Shown here: one piece after another, positions 39,068 through 48,022 of the stretch
How the letters are laid out: each line of letters begins with the position of its first letter
Numbering within the stretch: position 1 is the first letter of the stretch
Assembly (NCBI GenBank): GCA_039938575.1
Contig: JBDUUJ010000079.1
Span: 10,067-74,066, forward strand
Source of the DNA: Nitrososphaera sp.
Lineage (GTDB): Archaea > Thermoproteota > Nitrososphaeria > Nitrososphaerales > Nitrosopumilaceae
DNA length: 64,000 nt
Direction: 5' to 3'
The notes under the pieces: model-generated
The model's database searches: none
The model's input: only the letters and a program-made list of their open reading frames with translations
What the model was told of the DNA's origin: nothing
Program-made: the position numbers and the translations under genes

Positions 39068-39175
39068 TTTCAGCTAGCAAAGTGCAGACATGGTATAAAT
39101 TGATTCTTTTTGGATAATAGATTCAACGTTGATAATCATGGATTGTTTTAATAGAAATTCTCGCACCGGTATTGT

Positions 39176-39295
39176 ATGATGAGTAAGAGATGTGATTGTG
39201 GCAGCTGTGGCCACGAAATGGTAGATGAGTGTTACAAAAAAGAATGCAGGTGTTGCCTAAGTGATCATCAAGGTCCGTTTGGGAAAAACCGGTGA
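39176..39295 (+). CDS. Metallothionein-like Cys/His-rich micro-protein, 39 aa (not in ORF track)
   Basis: MMSKRCDCGSCGHEMVDECYKKECRCCLSDHQGPFGKNR: 7 Cys + 2 His. Confidence 0.65.
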   Translation: MMSKRCDCGSCGHEMVDECYKKECRCCLSDHQGPFGKNR

Positions 39296-39430
39296 TCTGG
39301 TGTACCACAATGCTAACAAGTCTACTTAGAATTAGGAAAAATTTGCCTACCAACAAATGCACGATAGATTTTTCAAGTTTTTGTTTTCCATAGTCTTGCT
39401 CAAATATACCAAAATGCAAGTAATTTTTTG

Positions 39431-40018
39431 TTATAATGTCTTTGGGAATTCAGATGGTGGATTTATCGATCCCAACTCTTCGGCTCTAGCAAGGTTGCCT
39501 TCAAAGAGGCCTTTTCCTATGTGGATATTGTCTATGTGTGAAGACAGCGACTTTTTGTCATCAAATATCGAAGAGCAGTACGGGCACTTGATCTTGTTAG
39601 GAATTTCAAGTTCGGGTAAAACTACTGCTTGTCTTGCAATATTTCCTACCAAGACCTTCTGTGACGCGATACCAATAGGCACTTTATTGTCCATGACGAC
39701 GACTCTGCGAACATTGTTTTTGCTCATCATAGCTATGGCGTCTTTTACTGCGGCGTTTTTGTTTATAGTGACAAGAGGTGTTCGCATGATTTCTTTTAGT
39801 TTTGTCTTTGTAGGATCTTTTCCTTTTGCCACAACATCAAATAGAATGTCCCGGTGTGTAACAATGCCATTTATGTCGTTGTTATTCATAATCAGCAGGC
39901 TGTCTATTCCGTGCTCCTCCATTTTTTTTACACCTTCAGACACACTCTGGTTTCCATCCTGAATTACAAATGACTTGTCTGTGAAATTTGAAATGGGTTG
40001 TTCGAGTGCATTTCCCAT
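39431..40018 (-). CDS. CBS-pair protein with C2H2 zinc finger
   Basis: Two CBS repeats + KCPYCSSIFDDKKSLSSHIDNIH. Confidence 0.88.
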   Translation of the reverse strand: MGNALEQPISNFTDKSFVIQDGNQSVSEGVKKMEEHGIDSLLIMNNNDINGIVTHRDILFDVVAKGKDPTKTKLKEIMRTPLVTINKNAAVKDAIAMMSKNNVRRVVVMDNKVPIGIASQKVLVGNIARQAVVLPELEIPNKIKCPYCSSIFDDKKSLSSHIDNIHIGKGLFEGNLARAEELGSINPPSEFPKTL

Positions 40019-40241
40019 ACTTTTTTCTTGGTTAGCATCGATTTAAGCCACAGATCGATTCTCAACTCTGAGAACTGTCCTTCTTGTTCTGTGTTTGGAG
40101 AAAATAGTTGCCTGATGGATTTTAAGACAAACAAACTAGAATCATTTTTTTGTCAAGTCATCACTAATCAACCCGGCAGAATCGTCTTTCTCAATATTTT
40201 TACAGCAGTAATGCAAATGGCCTGCATTGACATCAACCTTA

Positions 40242-41108
40242 ATGGAAAAGATTTTGTTTGGTATTGCAAAGCAATGGATTGCCGGTGATACAATCTCTGA
40301 CGCACTGTCTGCTGCGCAGGACTCTTACAGAAACGGCATGGGTGTGATCATCAACAAGCTGGGTGAATACCAGACCTCAAAACAAGCCATAGAAAGAACA
40401 ATCGACGAGTACAAGACAATCATGCAGTCATTTAGGAAATGGCGCATCCATGCAGGCATCTCAGTCAAACCCACACAGGTCGGCATGTCAAGAAGCAAAA
40501 ATGAGTGCCTGCAGAACTTTGAGGCCCTCATCAAGGCTGCCGCCTCCTCGCAAACTTTTGTGTGGATAGACATGGAATCATCTGAGCACACAGACGAGAC
40601 TATCCAGTTGTACGAAAATCTATTTGCAAGATACGAAAGACTTGGCCTAGCTTTGCAGGCAAACCTCAAAAGAACCCAAGGAGACCTCGTAGACCTACTT
40701 TCAATTGGTGCAAAAATTCGGCTGGTCAAAGGCGCCTATAAGGAGAATGGCAATATTGCATTTAAGACAAAACATGACATTGATCAAAATTACCTGAAGT
40801 TGCTGAAGGTTTTGTTTCAAAAGGGCAACGAGTTTGGAGTGGCCACGCATGACTCCAAAATGATCGGTACTGCAATCAAGCTGGCAAGAAAATACGAGCG
40901 TAAATTTGAATTCCAGATGCTTCGAGGCATCAGAGATGAGCTGAAACCCTATCTTCTCAAAAAAGGATTCTCTCTTTCAGAATACATCCCGTATGGCACA
41001 AACTGGCTTCCGTATTCCATTCGCAGGCTCAAGGAACGAAAGCGAAACATCTTGCTTCTTGGAAGCTCATTTATTTCCAAGTACAAAATCCCAAGAAGGC
41101 ATTCGTAG
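40242..41108 (+). CDS. Proline dehydrogenase (monofunctional)
   Basis: ISVKPTQVG, WIDME, RLVKGAY, ATHD, EFQMLRG, YIPYG..YSIRRL. Confidence 0.92.
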   Translation: MEKILFGIAKQWIAGDTISDALSAAQDSYRNGMGVIINKLGEYQTSKQAIERTIDEYKTIMQSFRKWRIHAGISVKPTQVGMSRSKNECLQNFEALIKAAASSQTFVWIDMESSEHTDETIQLYENLFARYERLGLALQANLKRTQGDLVDLLSIGAKIRLVKGAYKENGNIAFKTKHDIDQNYLKLLKVLFQKGNEFGVATHDSKMIGTAIKLARKYERKFEFQMLRGIRDELKPYLLKKGFSLSEYIPYGTNWLPYSIRRLKERKRNILLLGSSFISKYKIPRRHS

Positions 41109-41154
41109 AATTTCTACTTGAACATTATAAGGTAAAGAGTGAAGCTTTTGCTCA

Positions 41155-42282
41155 ATGAAGATAGCTGGAATCACACTGATTCTACTTGTAGCAACACTTG
41201 CAGTTCCATTGGAGCATGCGTTGGCACAGACTGCAATCTCGTCTCCACCAACAGGCCTTAGCGCCAAAGCTGTATCTGGCTCTCAGATCAATTTGAGCTG
41301 GACTGCACCTCAAAACAGTACTATAAACGGCGTAAACGGATACAGAATAGAGCAAGACATAGGCTGCATTGGAATATTTTCAGTTCTTGTTGAAAATACC
41401 ACATCAGCTAGCACTACATTCTCAAGTACAGGTCTGTTAAGCGACTTTTGCTATTCATACCGGGTATCTGCACTTAATTCGGCAGGCGCAAGCGCCACAT
41501 CCAACATAGCTTCTGCCACCACTTACGGAACACCAAATGCACCTACAGGGCTGATAGTGACTGCAATATCTAGCTCCTCATTAAAGCTGAGCTGGAATCC
41601 ACCATCCGACGATGGAGGAAGTGCGGTAACTGGATACCAAATTCAAAGAAACGGCACGATTCTTGTGACAAACACAGGTAACAACCAAACTACGTATCTG
41701 GACACAGGTCTATCACCACAACATCAACAGACCTATCGCGTAGCTGCATGGAATGTCGTAGGACTTGGAGCCTTCTCGGCAAACGTAACCAAGGCGACAA
41801 ACCAGACCAATACTCAACCCACACCCAAGGATAACCTGGGACAGGCAGTCTCCGATTTTGTACAAAAAAGAAACGAATTGTTCAAAAAACAGCGTGAAGA
41901 GACACTAAAGATAATCAGAGAATGCACTGAAAAAGTGAAAAATGCAAACGCCACGCAGATAAAGGAAATAAAAGATGACTGCCGCGAGGCACTCCATTCA
42001 ATTAAGGAAAAATACAAAGAGGCACGAAAGCAGTTCCAGCAGGATTTCAAAACATTCAGAGAGAGTACCAAGTTGTTGCTCAAAGAGGCAAAGAAGGCCG
42101 ATTTAGTAGAAAAACACGATGTAAAAGAGATCAAGCGTGAAATCAAGTCACTTGAAAATGAGACAAAGCAAGCTGAAAAACAATTAAAACACGACATCAA
42201 AGAATTCAAAAAAGAAGTAAAAAAACAGAAAAAAGAAGTAAAAAAGGAAAAGAAAAGCGACCGAGATGACGAAGAGGACTAA
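41155..42282 (+). CDS. Secreted protein: two fibronectin type III domains + charged coiled-coil tail
   Basis: PTGL..INLSWTAP..YRVSALN; LSWNPPSDDGGSAVTGY..YRVAAWN; K/E-rich C-terminus. Confidence 0.9.
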   Translation: MKIAGITLILLVATLAVPLEHALAQTAISSPPTGLSAKAVSGSQINLSWTAPQNSTINGVNGYRIEQDIGCIGIFSVLVENTTSASTTFSSTGLLSDFCYSYRVSALNSAGASATSNIASATTYGTPNAPTGLIVTAISSSSLKLSWNPPSDDGGSAVTGYQIQRNGTILVTNTGNNQTTYLDTGLSPQHQQTYRVAAWNVVGLGAFSANVTKATNQTNTQPTPKDNLGQAVSDFVQKRNELFKKQREETLKIIRECTEKVKNANATQIKEIKDDCREALHSIKEKYKEARKQFQQDFKTFRESTKLLLKEAKKADLVEKHDVKEIKREIKSLENETKQAEKQLKHDIKEFKKEVKKQKKEVKKEKKSDRDDEED

Positions 42283-42515
42283 CGTTAGATCTCCCCAAAC
42301 CCTCTTTTTGTGAATTATTCATGCGACCTACCACAGAAGACTGGATTACACAAAAAGACAAAAGCGCGGAAAAGGATTCCTCAAGATACTTGTAGACGTC
42401 GTAGCTGCAGAGTCTTGCAGTAAGGAAATAGCTCAGCACGTATGATTCAATTCATTTGAAATATTCGGGCAGAATCTGCAAGGTTTTGAAATCTTTACAC
42501 AGGATTGATTTTACG

Positions 42516-43319
42516 TTAAAATTCCTTTAGCTTACTTTCCTGGAACGGCTCTGATTCATACCAGCAGTACCTAAAATAATCAAGACACCATTCATGAAAC
42601 ATTGGATCCGTGCTGTAGAACGCTTCTGTTATGTCATACTCCCCGTTGATGTTTGGGAATGATATTGTTGCTTCTTTTTCATTGAGAACGATCGAAGTCT
42701 GAATCGTCTTTGTCATCTTTCTTTCGATTAAACCCTTTTCGATTAGCTTGTTGTAGTTGAGCTTTTGCAGCAGCTTCTTTCGTCCCTTTGGCACTATTGT
42801 AGATTCTGCAAGAATATAGTTGAACTTGATACCTTTTTCGATTCTTTTTACCTTTGGCTCGATTATGTCGAGTGGTATTTCAGCTAGCATCTCGTAAATG
42901 TACTCGTTTGCGTTCTTGTATACGGACTTCCATTGCTCAAGTACCTTGGTGACACCTTTGATATAATGCGAGTTTGCAAGCTGGCCTATTCTCATTATGA
43001 ACTTTGGTGGAATGTCGCCAAAGTTGTGATCCTCAAAGTATTTTCTGTTCTCAGAGAGAAAAATTATTGACGGTATTTGAGAACAGATAGTTTTTCCGTA
43101 GGTGGTGAGCGCGTAATAGCCGTCTAGGTCTTTTGTGATAAAACCACCGTCTTCGAGTCGCGCAAAGTTTCTGTGTACCTCCTGTGCCGTAGCACCTATT
43201 TCCTTTGCCATCGTAGTAACTTTGGATTTTTTCTCAAGAAGCTTGAATATGATCTGCAACCTCTGCTGACTTGATAACTCCAAGAAATTGTTCGCAGCCT
43301 CTTCATACAGGTTTACCAT
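42516..43319 (-). CDS. ArsR-like wHTH regulator with C-terminal effector domain (thaumarchaeal family)
   Basis: RLQIIFKL..EVHRNFARL..YALTTYG; C-terminal LNEKEA..FHEWCLDYF. Confidence 0.85.
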   Translation of the reverse strand: MVNLYEEAANNFLELSSQQRLQIIFKLLEKKSKVTTMAKEIGATAQEVHRNFARLEDGGFITKDLDGYYALTTYGKTICSQIPSIIFLSENRKYFEDHNFGDIPPKFIMRIGQLANSHYIKGVTKVLEQWKSVYKNANEYIYEMLAEIPLDIIEPKVKRIEKGIKFNYILAESTIVPKGRKKLLQKLNYNKLIEKGLIERKMTKTIQTSIVLNEKEATISFPNINGEYDITEAFYSTDPMFHEWCLDYFRYCWYESEPFQESKLKEF

Positions 43320-43443
43320 TTTACAACAGATCTAATTTGTTGCCATAAAAAAACGATTGGGATCTACAATTTACACTCGTTTGTAGTTGGCACTAGGCTC
43401 AATTATTAGCATTATTTATTAATTTAATTTGCTCAGAATCAAT

Positions 43444-44277
43444 GTGGTATATCTGCGTACCAAAACAGTCAAAGGTGAGAAATATGCTTATTTGGTTCGA
43501 AGCGTCTGGGATCCAAAGAAAGGTACGTCAAAGCAAGAAACAATCAAGTACCTTGGAAAGGCATCGGAGATAACAAAGGAAGACATTCCTGTAGAGTACA
43601 GAAACGAGCCAAGTGTGATTTCATTCCTTGCATCAGATGAAACAATGGATTTGAAGAAAAAAGAAGAGATGCTATCAAAGCTAAGAGAACAGCTGTTTCG
43701 ATTTTTCATGCAAGGCGACATCGAAGGTGCAAAGAAGCTTTATGAAAATTACAGGACAAATTCTGGCACTTCCAGTTTTTTTGAGAAGATCCTCACGCCG
43801 ACCATGTACCACGTAGGGGATCTTTGGGCAAAAAACAAGATAAGTATCGCAGACGAGCATGTGTGTAGTAATGTAGCAACAACCCTAGTCAAGATAATTT
43901 TTGGTAGAAACACGACTCAGCCTAAGAAAAAAACCGTTCTGATTTGTACGCCGGAAGGGGAACAGCACTGCCTTGGAGCCAACATCTTGGAGTCATATCT
44001 TTCATGCAATGGGTTTAAAATCTATAATTTATCACCATCAGAGCCTCACGAATCAATTGTAAAGTTTGTCGAGTCTACAAAGCCAGATGCGGTGTTCGTT
44101 TCAGTGACGCTTTCGGACAACATCAAACCAGCACAAAGACTCATTCGAAAAATCAAAACTAGATCCACTGTGCCTATTTTTGTGGGTGGACAGGCAGTAA
44201 AATATGATGGTGCTGATTTTGACGCCAGGGTGATACGCGACACGAGTCTGAAAAATCTCTCAAAACTGCTTAACTAG
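43444..44277 (+). CDS. Cobalamin-binding (CarH/LitR-like) protein with atypical N-terminal DNA-binding-like domain
   Basis: W-x9-EH (WAKNKISIADEH) and ExHxxG (EQHCLG) motifs; N-terminus YLRTKTVKGEKYAYLVRSVWDPKKGTSKQETIKYLG. Confidence 0.85.
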   Translation: MVYLRTKTVKGEKYAYLVRSVWDPKKGTSKQETIKYLGKASEITKEDIPVEYRNEPSVISFLASDETMDLKKKEEMLSKLREQLFRFFMQGDIEGAKKLYENYRTNSGTSSFFEKILTPTMYHVGDLWAKNKISIADEHVCSNVATTLVKIIFGRNTTQPKKKTVLICTPEGEQHCLGANILESYLSCNGFKIYNLSPSEPHESIVKFVESTKPDAVFVSVTLSDNIKPAQRLIRKIKTRSTVPIFVGGQAVKYDGADFDARVIRDTSLKNLSKLLN

Positions 44278-44346
44278 TTTCCAAGGCTTAAAAAAATTAG
44301 CACTAGGCAATATAATTATCACTAGTTTATATAATAAAATCACGAA

Positions 44347-45099
44347 TTGAACTCAATGAAACACAAACAAAACACATCCTGCGATGCGACCAAAATCAAG
44401 ATACTTGCATTGGTTGTTGCAGCCTCGCTGCTCTTTAGTATGACTGCAGTGCAGGTTGCCCATGCTGACCACACTAAAGAAAAAAAACAGATCAAAAAAG
44501 AATCCAAAGACAAAAAGATTAATGAAAAAAAGATAAAAAAAGAAATCAAAAAGCCAAGTCAGAAAAAACCTGTTGTTATCACAGAGACAAGAACATCTGC
44601 AAACACTATCGAATCACAACTAAAAGCTTGCAAAGAAAAACAAACAGAGCGTGAGCAGTACGAATGTGAAAAACAAATCAAAACACAACAAGAGCTTGAA
44701 ACATTCAAACAAAAATCAACAAAATACCAAGTAGGGCCGATTACTTTCTATTATGCAGGTGCAAAGGTTGAAAAAAGCGGCGGAAAAGACATTGTAAACC
44801 TCAGATTCCTGGTGGAAAACACCGGCTCAAAGGACAACGTGACGTTGTACTGCACAGGCCCTGCAGTGTGTAATTATGATGTATCCGACGGTAAGACCAT
44901 CTACAAGTACTCATCACAGGACTTTACCAACGGTCAAGTTGTGCTAAAGCCAGGACAGTCAAGATACATCAACATGTTGTTTGGTCCTGCTATAGGTTAT
45001 GGAAGCTACGTTGATTTCAAGTTTGACCCAACAAAACAGTACACATTCAATATAAGGGAGCCATGGGGCTCTGCCAGCATACCACTCAACCTACAGTGA
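44347..45099 (+). CDS. Secreted protein, Lys-rich linker + C-terminal beta-sandwich
   Basis: Signal peptide (VQVAHA); C-x12-C pair; C-terminal Ig-like domain. Confidence 0.7.
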   Translation: MNSMKHKQNTSCDATKIKILALVVAASLLFSMTAVQVAHADHTKEKKQIKKESKDKKINEKKIKKEIKKPSQKKPVVITETRTSANTIESQLKACKEKQTEREQYECEKQIKTQQELETFKQKSTKYQVGPITFYYAGAKVEKSGGKDIVNLRFLVENTGSKDNVTLYCTGPAVCNYDVSDGKTIYKYSSQDFTNGQVVLKPGQSRYINMLFGPAIGYGSYVDFKFDPTKQYTFNIREPWGSASIPLNLQ

Positions 45100-46152
45100 C
45101 TGGATCCGCACTAACCCCCATATTTTTTGCGAAAATCTTACTGCGAATATTCCAGATATTGTACCTACAAGGCTCAAAATCGGCGCAACAATTGGAACCA
45201 TTTCAAAATAGATGTGCGACGTAATGCTTGGCCATATTATCTTGTGATATAGAATCTCGTTGTACGTGTATGTGATTATAGGGTAGTACATAAAAAACCA
45301 GGTGCTCCCACAGATACCACCTGCAACATACAGGCTTTTTGCGCCTTTTGTTTTGGATATTAGCATGTCTGCTAGAATAATTGGAATTAAAGCAAGCAGG
45401 TAAAATGGAATTGTGTGGACAAGCGAGTTGTTTGGAATTATTGCAGTAAGAGTCATCATACCAAGAAACGACGCACCGATGATGCTTACAACTCCAAATC
45501 GATTTTGTGCGAGCAGCGCCGCAAAAATGAAAACCGTCGTGATCAAAAAGGGATACGAAAAAGCGGCAAATGAAGCTGCAAACACAGGATGGGGATTGAA
45601 ATCAAAATAATCCGTATCTGAAAATGGAAGTGAAAATGAGTAGAGCAGGCCGGTAATGGAGAACCATACTGGTACAAGCGAGATCACAATAAAAAGCCTA
45701 GCAAACTTTGAGTTCGAAATATGTTTAACCAAATTCACCAGTGCACCAATGCTAGATAGTATCATGCCAGATATCAGAACAAGATGCGGGGGGCTGAGCA
45801 GGCCATCTAAGCCGAAATTAGAATGCCAAACAAAATCTGCTGGACCTGCAGTCAAGAGAAGCGCTATACCGGTGCCACATACTTTGACGCCGTCACTGAG
45901 GTTTTCCGGTTTTTTTAATTTGAACCAACTTTGAAGTGACAGCAAAAATCCGCAAAGTGCGATTCCAACACCAGTATAGAGTACCAGGTGTGGTGGGGCA
46001 AAAAACGTTTCTGGTTTGTTGAGTATGTGGTTTGTGATATCCCAGCTTCCTCCACTTGTGACCAGAATTATCCCAAGGCTGACAACAATGTTGCTTGCAA
46101 GCATAAGTTTTGAGTAATCCATGCAGCCTTGTGCCACCAGTTGTCTTTTCAT
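45091..46152 (-). CDS. Polytopic membrane protein with two D-x3-H-x12-H motifs (PmoC/AmoC-like metal sites)
   Basis: WDITNHILNKPETFFAPPH and ADFVWHSNFGLDGLLSPPH; ~9-10 TM. Confidence 0.8.
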   Translation of the reverse strand: MKRQLVAQGCMDYSKLMLASNIVVSLGIILVTSGGSWDITNHILNKPETFFAPPHLVLYTGVGIALCGFLLSLQSWFKLKKPENLSDGVKVCGTGIALLLTAGPADFVWHSNFGLDGLLSPPHLVLISGMILSSIGALVNLVKHISNSKFARLFIVISLVPVWFSITGLLYSFSLPFSDTDYFDFNPHPVFAASFAAFSYPFLITTVFIFAALLAQNRFGVVSIIGASFLGMMTLTAIIPNNSLVHTIPFYLLALIPIILADMLISKTKGAKSLYVAGGICGSTWFFMYYPIITYTYNEILYHKIIWPSITSHIYFEMVPIVAPILSLVGTISGIFAVRFSQKIWGLVRIQSL

Positions 46153-46724
46153 TATTTTACAACTTCTACTGTGTGTTCCTGCACAAATTCATTTTGCTGA
46201 TCTTGCAGGCCGTATGTAGGAAAATGTGATTGGTTGTCAACGTGTGGCATCGCGACGGTCTTTGCATATAGTTTGAAAGTGCCTGTTTCCTTTGGTGTTA
46301 TTTGCAGTACCATTTTGAAGGTCTCGCCGTTTTTTGATGGTCTGCTGTATGCCTCAATGAATGGGTATTTTGCAAGAATCGTCTTTTGGCCGGCGCTATA
46401 CTCCGAGCTCACTTCTTGTCCCTTTTGTATCATTCTTGGTGACTGTAAAAAATTGTATGATATCACCTTGACATTTTCCAGATCACTGTTTTGCGGAAAG
46501 GCGATCGTCACTGTCTGCAAGTCTGCCGCATCACCATTGTTGTATGCTGTGATTTCCGCTTCAAACGATTCGCCAAGTGTTATTTGCTGTGCACTCAAAG
46601 TAATGTTAAGCGTCGGTCGAGGGTGGACAACTGTGACGCTTTGATATGTTTGTGGGAACACAAATATCACCAGAACAAAGTATGTTGTCATAACAGTAGC
46701 TGCAACAAGATAGATTTTTTGCAA
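46152..46724 (-). CDS. Membrane-anchored Ig-like (CARDB-type) protein
   Basis: N-terminal TM; EITAYNNGDAAD..; 1-bp overlap with the downstream membrane protein. Confidence 0.65.
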   Translation of the reverse strand: MQKIYLVAATVMTTYFVLVIFVFPQTYQSVTVVHPRPTLNITLSAQQITLGESFEAEITAYNNGDAADLQTVTIAFPQNSDLENVKVISYNFLQSPRMIQKGQEVSSEYSAGQKTILAKYPFIEAYSRPSKNGETFKMVLQITPKETGTFKLYAKTVAMPHVDNQSHFPTYGLQDQQNEFVQEHTVEVVK

Positions 46725-46824
46725 TTGTTGACGTATTTTTCTTTCTTTATTTACAGATTGGGGTTAGCACTAGAGTTTTAATTTTGGCGTGTTTTATATA
46801 TTGAAACTTGGAACAGATCTTCAA

Positions 46825-47154
46825 ATGCGCGTTTGGGATGTGTCCCCAAGTATTTTATGTAAAAACCATTTGTTGGGCGAACATCGCGAGATACACGCAA
46901 TTTGGTCGATTCTCACTACAGACAAAAAAGGTTATTTGCATCATCCAGAGACAATTAGGTGGAAAGGCAGACTAAATGCGTTGTACCACAGACACAACAT
47001 GCTCGCTACCGAAATGAGCCGGCGTGGATATAAACACCAAAGCCCACTAGACAGAAAATTTGCAAATGGTAGTAAGATACAAACAGAATTCGTCGATTCG
47101 CCACAAAAACAAATCAAGATATTAAAGCGGAAAAACTGTGATTGTCGAATTTAA
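46825..47154 (+). CDS. Pyrimidine dimer DNA glycosylase/endonuclease V family
   Basis: MRVWD..LCKNHLLGEHREIH..HPETIRW..RHNMLATEMSRRGYKHQSP. Confidence 0.85.
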   Translation: MRVWDVSPSILCKNHLLGEHREIHAIWSILTTDKKGYLHHPETIRWKGRLNALYHRHNMLATEMSRRGYKHQSPLDRKFANGSKIQTEFVDSPQKQIKILKRKNCDCRI

Positions 47155-47155
47155 T

Positions 47156-48013
47156 TTATTTTTTTGCAAGCTCCAATAGTGCTTTGGCCCTTTTGTAATG
47201 AACCTCATCTACCATCTTTCCTTCCACCACCGTTGCACCCCTACCCCTCTTGGTTGATTCAAGATATGTATCGCAGACTTTTTTTGCCCACTCCAGTTCC
47301 GCTTCGTTTGGTGCAAACACTTCATGCGCAGTTTGAATTTGGTCTGGATGAATGATGCTTTTTCCTACATAACCTAAGCTCTTTCCTATTATGCAGTCTT
47401 GTTTTAAGCCGTCCACATCCTTTAGATCCTGCCAGATTGCATCTATTGCATACACTCCTGCCGCCTTTGCATCAAGTGGTATCTTGGCCCTTGCATATTT
47501 TGCTCCCTCCGGCTGCTTTGTGTACTCGATACCCATGTCATTTAGGAGGTCGAATACTCCAAATACGACTGCTTCAACCCTGTTGCTGCAGGAGGCAATT
47601 TCATACGTGTTGACTACGCCCTGCGCTGACTCGATTGAAGGCATCAATGGAATTTTCCCAAGCTTTCGTTTCTTTTCAAGGCCTGCGACAATCTTTTGGA
47701 TTTTGAGCAGTTGGCCTGCGTCATTTACCTTGGGAATGACTATGCCGTCGAGCCCCTTTTGCACTATTTCTTGTAGGTCATCAGGGATCCTGCCTGACGC
47801 AGGAGAATTCGTCCGCACGTAAATGTCAGCAGCATAAGACGATCTTTGCTTGAGTGCGTCCTTGATTAGGCTTCGAGCAGTTTTTTTCTCTGCATCTGGC
47901 ACAGAGTCCTCCAGATCAAAACACACAATATCTGCCGGAACGGTCTTTGCCTTTTCTAAAAATCTTGGGTTGTTTCCTGGGACAAATAAAAGGCTGCGAA
48001 AAAGCCTCGACAT
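47156..48013 (-). CDS. citE: CitE/HpcH family CoA-ester lyase
   Basis: RSLLFVPG, DLEDSV, VFGVFD, GKSIIHPDQI, GKMVDEVH. Confidence 0.9.
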   Translation of the reverse strand: MSRLFRSLLFVPGNNPRFLEKAKTVPADIVCFDLEDSVPDAEKKTARSLIKDALKQRSSYAADIYVRTNSPASGRIPDDLQEIVQKGLDGIVIPKVNDAGQLLKIQKIVAGLEKKRKLGKIPLMPSIESAQGVVNTYEIASCSNRVEAVVFGVFDLLNDMGIEYTKQPEGAKYARAKIPLDAKAAGVYAIDAIWQDLKDVDGLKQDCIIGKSLGYVGKSIIHPDQIQTAHEVFAPNEAELEWAKKVCDTYLESTKRGRGATVVEGKMVDEVHYKRAKALLELAKK

Positions 48014-48022
48014 AGAAAAGAC

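Noticed and set aside
42150-42282. AAAAAAGAAGTA-type repeats
   Set aside because: Explained by the Lys/Glu-rich coiled-coil tail of the FN3 protein.
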